Assembly (NCBI GenBank): GCA_007123195.1
Contig: SKLO01000508.1
Location: 1-30,065 of the forward strand
Direction of reading: 5' to 3'
DNA from: Verrucomicrobiales bacterium
Lineage (GTDB): Bacteria; Verrucomicrobiota; Verrucomicrobiia; Verrucomicrobiales; SKLO01
Length of the DNA stretch: 30,065 nucleotides
The position numbers were made by a program, and so were the translations under genes. Within the stretch, counting starts at the first letter, position 1, and each line of letters begins with the position of its first letter. The notes under the pieces are model-generated. The model searched no databases. It saw nothing but the letters and a program-made list of their open reading frames with translations, and was not told the origin of the DNA. Positions 26,155-30,065 of this stretch are shown here, piece after piece.

Positions 26155-26799
26155 ATGAATGCCCGCACCGCACCTTGTGACCGCCCGCGCCGGACCCGTT
26201 CCCCCCGCCTGCGGCGATCAATGGCGAGGGTCGCCCTGTGGGGCGTGGTCGCCGCCGGGGTCTGTGGTTGTTCAGTCACCAAACCGGTGCAGGACGAGGT
26301 CGTCCGGCACCTGCTGGAACCGGTGGTGGCGGAGGCGCCGTCGACCGCCATCGAGCCGCGGATTGCGGTGGCAAGGCCGAACCTGCCGCGCTACCTCGAC
26401 CGCATGCAGATGGTGACCCGGGACGCCGATGGCCAGATCAAGACCCACGACAACCATCTTTGGGCGGAGTCGCTCAACGTCAACATGGCCCGCGTGCTGA
26501 CCTCGAACCTGCGGCGGCTGACCCGGTCGCGCAACGTGCAGACGATCGACTCGTTCGTCACGGCCGATTACAGTGTGTTGTTGGAAGTGCGGGTGCACCA
26601 GTTCGATCCCGAGCCGTCGGGCCGGCTGGTGTTGGAATGTGATTGGCGGCTGCAACCGGTGATCGGGGGCGACATTGATCCGACCCCGTTCCGCACCGAA
26701 GTGGTGGTGGATCCCGGCGGGAGAGCGATGGACGGACGTGTGACGGCGATGAACGAGGCCCTGGGCCGGTTGGCGCGCGAGATTGCACGATCGTTGTGA
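26155..26799 (+). CDS. PqiC-like / ABC transport auxiliary lipoprotein
   Basis: Lipobox-like AGVCGC, LPRYLDRMQMV, WAESL and a C-terminal amphipathic helix. ATG 26155 lies 2 nt after the fbp stop; 26221 is an alternative. Confidence 0.75.
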   Translation: MNARTAPCDRPRRTRSPRLRRSMARVALWGVVAAGVCGCSVTKPVQDEVVRHLLEPVVAEAPSTAIEPRIAVARPNLPRYLDRMQMVTRDADGQIKTHDNHLWAESLNVNMARVLTSNLRRLTRSRNVQTIDSFVTADYSVLLEVRVHQFDPEPSGRLVLECDWRLQPVIGGDIDPTPFRTEVVVDPGGRAMDGRVTAMNEALGRLAREIARSL

Positions 26800-26859
26800 G
26801 CGGCGGGGGCTTGGTTGGTGCAGATATTCAGCAGACAGCACACTGGCATCCACGACTGA

Positions 26860-28215
26860 ATGAGTGATTTCCCTGACCGGACCGGGCCCCGCCTTGAAGC
26901 CGATCCGGCGTGGGTCGGGAACCTGTATGAACGGCTGGCGGAGGATGACGAGGGGAGGGTGTGCGAGGCCATCAGCGACGAGGCCTGCCGGGTGGTGCCG
27001 GGCAATTTCCTCCGCACCCTGGTGGCCAACACGCTGACCAGCATCGGCGACCGTATCGCCAGCGCCAAGACCACGCTGCCGTGGCTGTTGGGCCATCTCG
27101 GGGCGCCGATCTGGTGCCTGAGCCTGCTGGTGCCGATCCGCGAGTCGGGATCGATGCTGCCGCAGATGGTGATCGGCGCGGCGGTCAGGCGCCGGGCGGT
27201 GCGCAAGTGGGTGTGGGTGTCAGGCAGCCTGCTGCAGGGAGCCAGCCTGGCGGCGATCGGTTTTGTCGCCCTCACGCTGGAAGGCCTGGCGGCGGGGGTG
27301 GCGGTGTTGCTGCTGCTGACCTTGTTCAGTCTGGCGCGCGGGGCCTGCTCGGTTTCCTACAAGGATGTGCTGGGCAAGACCATTCCCAAGACCCGTCGCG
27401 GGCGCTTGTCCGGCTGGATCGGCGCCGTGGCCGGGCTGGGAGCGATGGCCACCGGGGCCGGCTTCGGGTTGCTTCCCGCCGAGGTGCCGGCGTGGGTTTA
27501 CAGCGCGCTGTTGTTTGGCGCCGCCGGGTTGTGGGTGCTGGCGGCGCTGGCCTACGCCAGGATCATCGAATATCCCGGCGCCACCGAGGGCGGGGCCAAC
27601 GGGTTCAGGGAAGGGCTGGGCAAGCTGGCGCTGCTGCGGGACGACGTTCCGTTCCGGCGCTTCGTGATCGGGCGTGCGCTGGCCATGGGATCGGGGCTGG
27701 CGGCCCCGTTCTATGTGGCGTTGGCACGGGACGACCTCGGCAGCGCGGCGGCGTTGCTGGGGATTTTCATTGCGGTCGAGGGCCTGGCCGGGTTGGTCAG
27801 CGCGCCGGTGTGGGGGCGTTGGGCTGATCGTTCCAGCCGGATGGTGTTCGGGGTGGCGTGTGCGCTCGCCGGGGTCTTGTCCTGTGGGGTGGCGGTGTGG
27901 TCGTGGCTGGATCTGCCGGCTGAGGCGGCGCGTTGGTTCTACCCGCTGGCGTTTTTCGGCCTGGGGATCGCGCATGCGGGTGTGCGGCTGGGGCGAAAAA
28001 CCTATCTGGTGGACATGGCCGAGGGCAACCAGCGGACCGACTACGTGGCGGTGAGCAACACGGTCATCGGTGCGCTGCTGCTGGGGTCGGGCCTGGTCGG
28101 CGCGGCGGCGGCGGCGTTCTCGGTGGAGGCGGCGATTGTGATTCTGGGGCTGTCCGGTCTGGTGGGGGCGGGGCTCAGCCTGCGATGGAAGGAAGTGGGG
28201 GGTTCGAAGGCGTGA
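26860..28215 (+). CDS. MFS transporter
   Basis: About 12 hydrophobic segments with WGRWADRSSR and GKTIPKTRRGRL loop motifs. Confidence 0.85.
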   Translation: MSDFPDRTGPRLEADPAWVGNLYERLAEDDEGRVCEAISDEACRVVPGNFLRTLVANTLTSIGDRIASAKTTLPWLLGHLGAPIWCLSLLVPIRESGSMLPQMVIGAAVRRRAVRKWVWVSGSLLQGASLAAIGFVALTLEGLAAGVAVLLLLTLFSLARGACSVSYKDVLGKTIPKTRRGRLSGWIGAVAGLGAMATGAGFGLLPAEVPAWVYSALLFGAAGLWVLAALAYARIIEYPGATEGGANGFREGLGKLALLRDDVPFRRFVIGRALAMGSGLAAPFYVALARDDLGSAAALLGIFIAVEGLAGLVSAPVWGRWADRSSRMVFGVACALAGVLSCGVAVWSWLDLPAEAARWFYPLAFFGLGIAHAGVRLGRKTYLVDMAEGNQRTDYVAVSNTVIGALLLGSGLVGAAAAAFSVEAAIVILGLSGLVGAGLSLRWKEVGGSKA

Positions 28216-28593
28216 GATCGGGCGTCGAATGCCAGCGATCCTCTGCTGGCGGGCGCCGCGGGTCGCCCAGCCCGGCCTCCCGGCCCATGGGCAACGCCCC
28301 GCGCGCCATGGGCCGCGAGGTCAACCCGCGGCCCGCCGCCCTCGGTCAGCGACTCATGATTGCAACGATGGCAACCGCCCGGCCTCTCGCCTCCGCCGCG
28401 CCCGCGCTTGATGCGTTGCGCATTTCCTGCTGCGCGCGCGGCTGATCTCCTGTAACTTGACCTTCCACCTGACCGGCTCCGCGGGGCTTGCCGGTCGCGG
28501 CCTGGCATCGTGCGGAGGCCGGCCTGTCGCCGAGAGGGCGGTGGTGACCCACTTGTTCATAACGACCTCGTTCATCAACATTCGTTGCATTCC

Positions 28594-29493
28594 ATGTTTG
28601 CAGGCATCTTTACCGCGCTGGTCACCCCGTTCCAGGATGACCAGATCGACGTCGCCGCGCTCAGACGGCTGATCGATTTCCAGTTTGACCACGGCATCAC
28701 CGGGATCGTGCCGGTGGGCACCACCGGCGAGAGTCCCACGCTCGATCACGGCGAGCACAAGCGGGTGATCGAGATCGCGATCGAGCAGGCCGCCGGTCGC
28801 GGCCCCGTTCTGGCCGGCACCGGTTCCAACTCCACCCGCGAGGCCGTCGAGCTGACCCGTGCCGCCGAGACCGCCGGCGCCGACGCCAGCCTGCAGGTCT
28901 GCCCCTACTACAACAAGCCCTGCCAGGAGGGGCTTTACCGCCACTACCGGGCCATCGCCGATAGCACCTCACTGCCGATCGTGCTCTACAGCATCCCCGG
29001 CCGGTCGGGGGTCGAGATCGGGGTCGACACGGTCGCCCGGTTGGCAGCCGATTGCCCCAACATCACCGCCATCAAGGAGGCCGGCGGCGCGGTTGAGCGG
29101 GTCACCCAACTGCGCGCCGCGGTGCCGTCCGAGTTCCAGATCCTGTCCGGCGACGACGCCCTGACGCTGCCATTCATGGCGGCCGGAGCCTGTGGCGTGG
29201 TGTCGGTGGCCGGCAACCTTGTGCCCGGCGTCATGAGCCGGTTGGTGAACGCCGCCCTGGTGGGGGATTGGGCGTGCGCGCTCGAACTGCACGACCGCTG
29301 GGCACCGTTGTTCAGCGGATTGCTCAAACTGTCGAGCAACCCGGTGCCGATCAAGGCGGCGATGGCCCTGCAGGGCCTGCTGCTTCCGGATGTGAGACTG
29401 CCGCTGGCCCAGCTCGACGAGGCCGCCACCCGGCGGTTGCGGGTGTTGCTGGACGATTGCGGCGTGCAGGTCCAAACGGCGTCCGCCGGCTGA
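28594..29493 (+). CDS. dapA: 4-hydroxy-tetrahydrodipicolinate synthase
   Basis: TALVTPF, GTTGESPTL, GTGSNST, PYYNKP, LYSIPGR, Schiff-base Lys in IKEA, LSGDD and NPVPIK. Confidence 0.93.
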   Translation: MFAGIFTALVTPFQDDQIDVAALRRLIDFQFDHGITGIVPVGTTGESPTLDHGEHKRVIEIAIEQAAGRGPVLAGTGSNSTREAVELTRAAETAGADASLQVCPYYNKPCQEGLYRHYRAIADSTSLPIVLYSIPGRSGVEIGVDTVARLAADCPNITAIKEAGGAVERVTQLRAAVPSEFQILSGDDALTLPFMAAGACGVVSVAGNLVPGVMSRLVNAALVGDWACALELHDRWAPLFSGLLKLSSNPVPIKAAMALQGLLLPDVRLPLAQLDEAATRRLRVLLDDCGVQVQTASAG

Positions 29494-29533
29494 TGTCCGC
29501 GGACTTCGCCGGAAGCGGGCGAAACTGGTCGCA

Positions 29534-29580
29534 GCGCCGCTTGACCACAGGGGATCCGGAGATCTTGTGGGAGCGGTCGC
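29534..29580. repeat. Long imperfect intergenic hairpin between dapA and nth
   Basis: CCGCT...CCACAGGGGATC-CGGA-GATCTTGTGG...AGCGG. It is preceded by the palindrome GTCCGCGGAC (29495-29504) and a TTCGCC/GGCGAA hairpin (29505-29523). Confidence 0.45.
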
Positions 29581-29615
29581 CGACTCATGGTGGCCGAACG
29601 ATTTACGCGCCCAGA

Positions 29616-30065
29616 ATGACCCGCAAGCAACGCGCCGAGCACGTCCTGCAACGCCTTGAACAACTGTATCCGCAAACACCGGTGCCGCTGGATCATCGCG
29701 ATCCGTTCACGCTGCTGGTGGCGGTGCTGTTGTCGGCCCAGTGCACCGACGCGCGCGTCAACCAGGTGACCCCGCACCTGTTCGCCCGCGCCGCCACCCC
29801 GCAGGCGATGGCTCAGGTGCCGGTCGAAGAGGTGGAGGCCATCGTGCGGCCGTGCGGGCTGGCACCGAAGAAGGCCCGGGCGATTGTCGAGCTGTCGAAC
29901 ATCCTGCTGCAACGCCATCAGGGCCGCGTGCCGGCTGATTTCGAGGCGCTGGAACAACTGCCGGGCGTCGGTCACAAGACCGCGTCGGTGGTGATGGCGC
30001 AGGCGTTCGGCGTGCCGGCGTTTCCGATCGACACCCACATCCACCGCCTGGCCCAGCGCTGGGGA
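29616..30065 (+). CDS. nth: Endonuclease III (partial, runs off the right edge; not in the ORF track)
   Basis: Manual translation MTRKQRAEHVLQRLEQLYP...LLVAVLLSAQCTDARVN...LPGVGHKTASVV...IDTHIHRL shows the HhH-GPD motifs. Confidence 0.93.
   Translation, partial: MTRKQRAEHVLQRLEQLYPQTPVPLDHRDPFTLLVAVLLSAQCTDARVNQVTPHLFARAATPQAMAQVPVEEVEAIVRPCGLAPKKARAIVELSNILLQRHQGRVPADFEALEQLPGVGHKTASVVMAQAFGVPAFPIDTHIHRLAQRWG

Overview
GC-rich bacterial window, entirely protein-coding apart from a few long intergenic regions. No rRNA, tRNA, CRISPR array, integrase or transposase was seen. The style of the Tat-exported Gfo/Idh/MocA protein, dapA and nth suggests a PVC-superphylum host such as Verrucomicrobia (inference only). 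Left, minus strand: a MoxR/RavA-like AAA+ ATPase, a possible 60-aa bridging ORF, a hypothetical protein and an HExxH+VWA protein, all chained by 4-nt stop/start overlaps, followed by a Gfo/Idh/MocA oxidoreductase. Middle, plus strand: an S8 subtilase, an aldehyde dehydrogenase coupled to a zinc-ribbon/class III cyclase/AAA/TPR protein, then a redox module (acetoacetate-decarboxylase-fold protein, FAD-dehydrogenase small subunit without Tat signal, 3Fe-4S-type GMC flavoprotein, VioB-type ferritin-like protein), a DUF1622-like protein and a G8/beta-helix protein. Right: a Tat metallophosphoesterase, lactonase, class III FBPase, orphan PqiC-like lipoprotein, MFS transporter, dapA and partial nth. 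The two best candidates for an undescribed system are the cytochrome-less GMC/small-subunit/ferritin-like/ADC-fold module with its ALDH-cyclase partner, and the coupled MoxR-X-HExxH/VWA operon. All family calls come from motifs recognised by eye; no database search was run.
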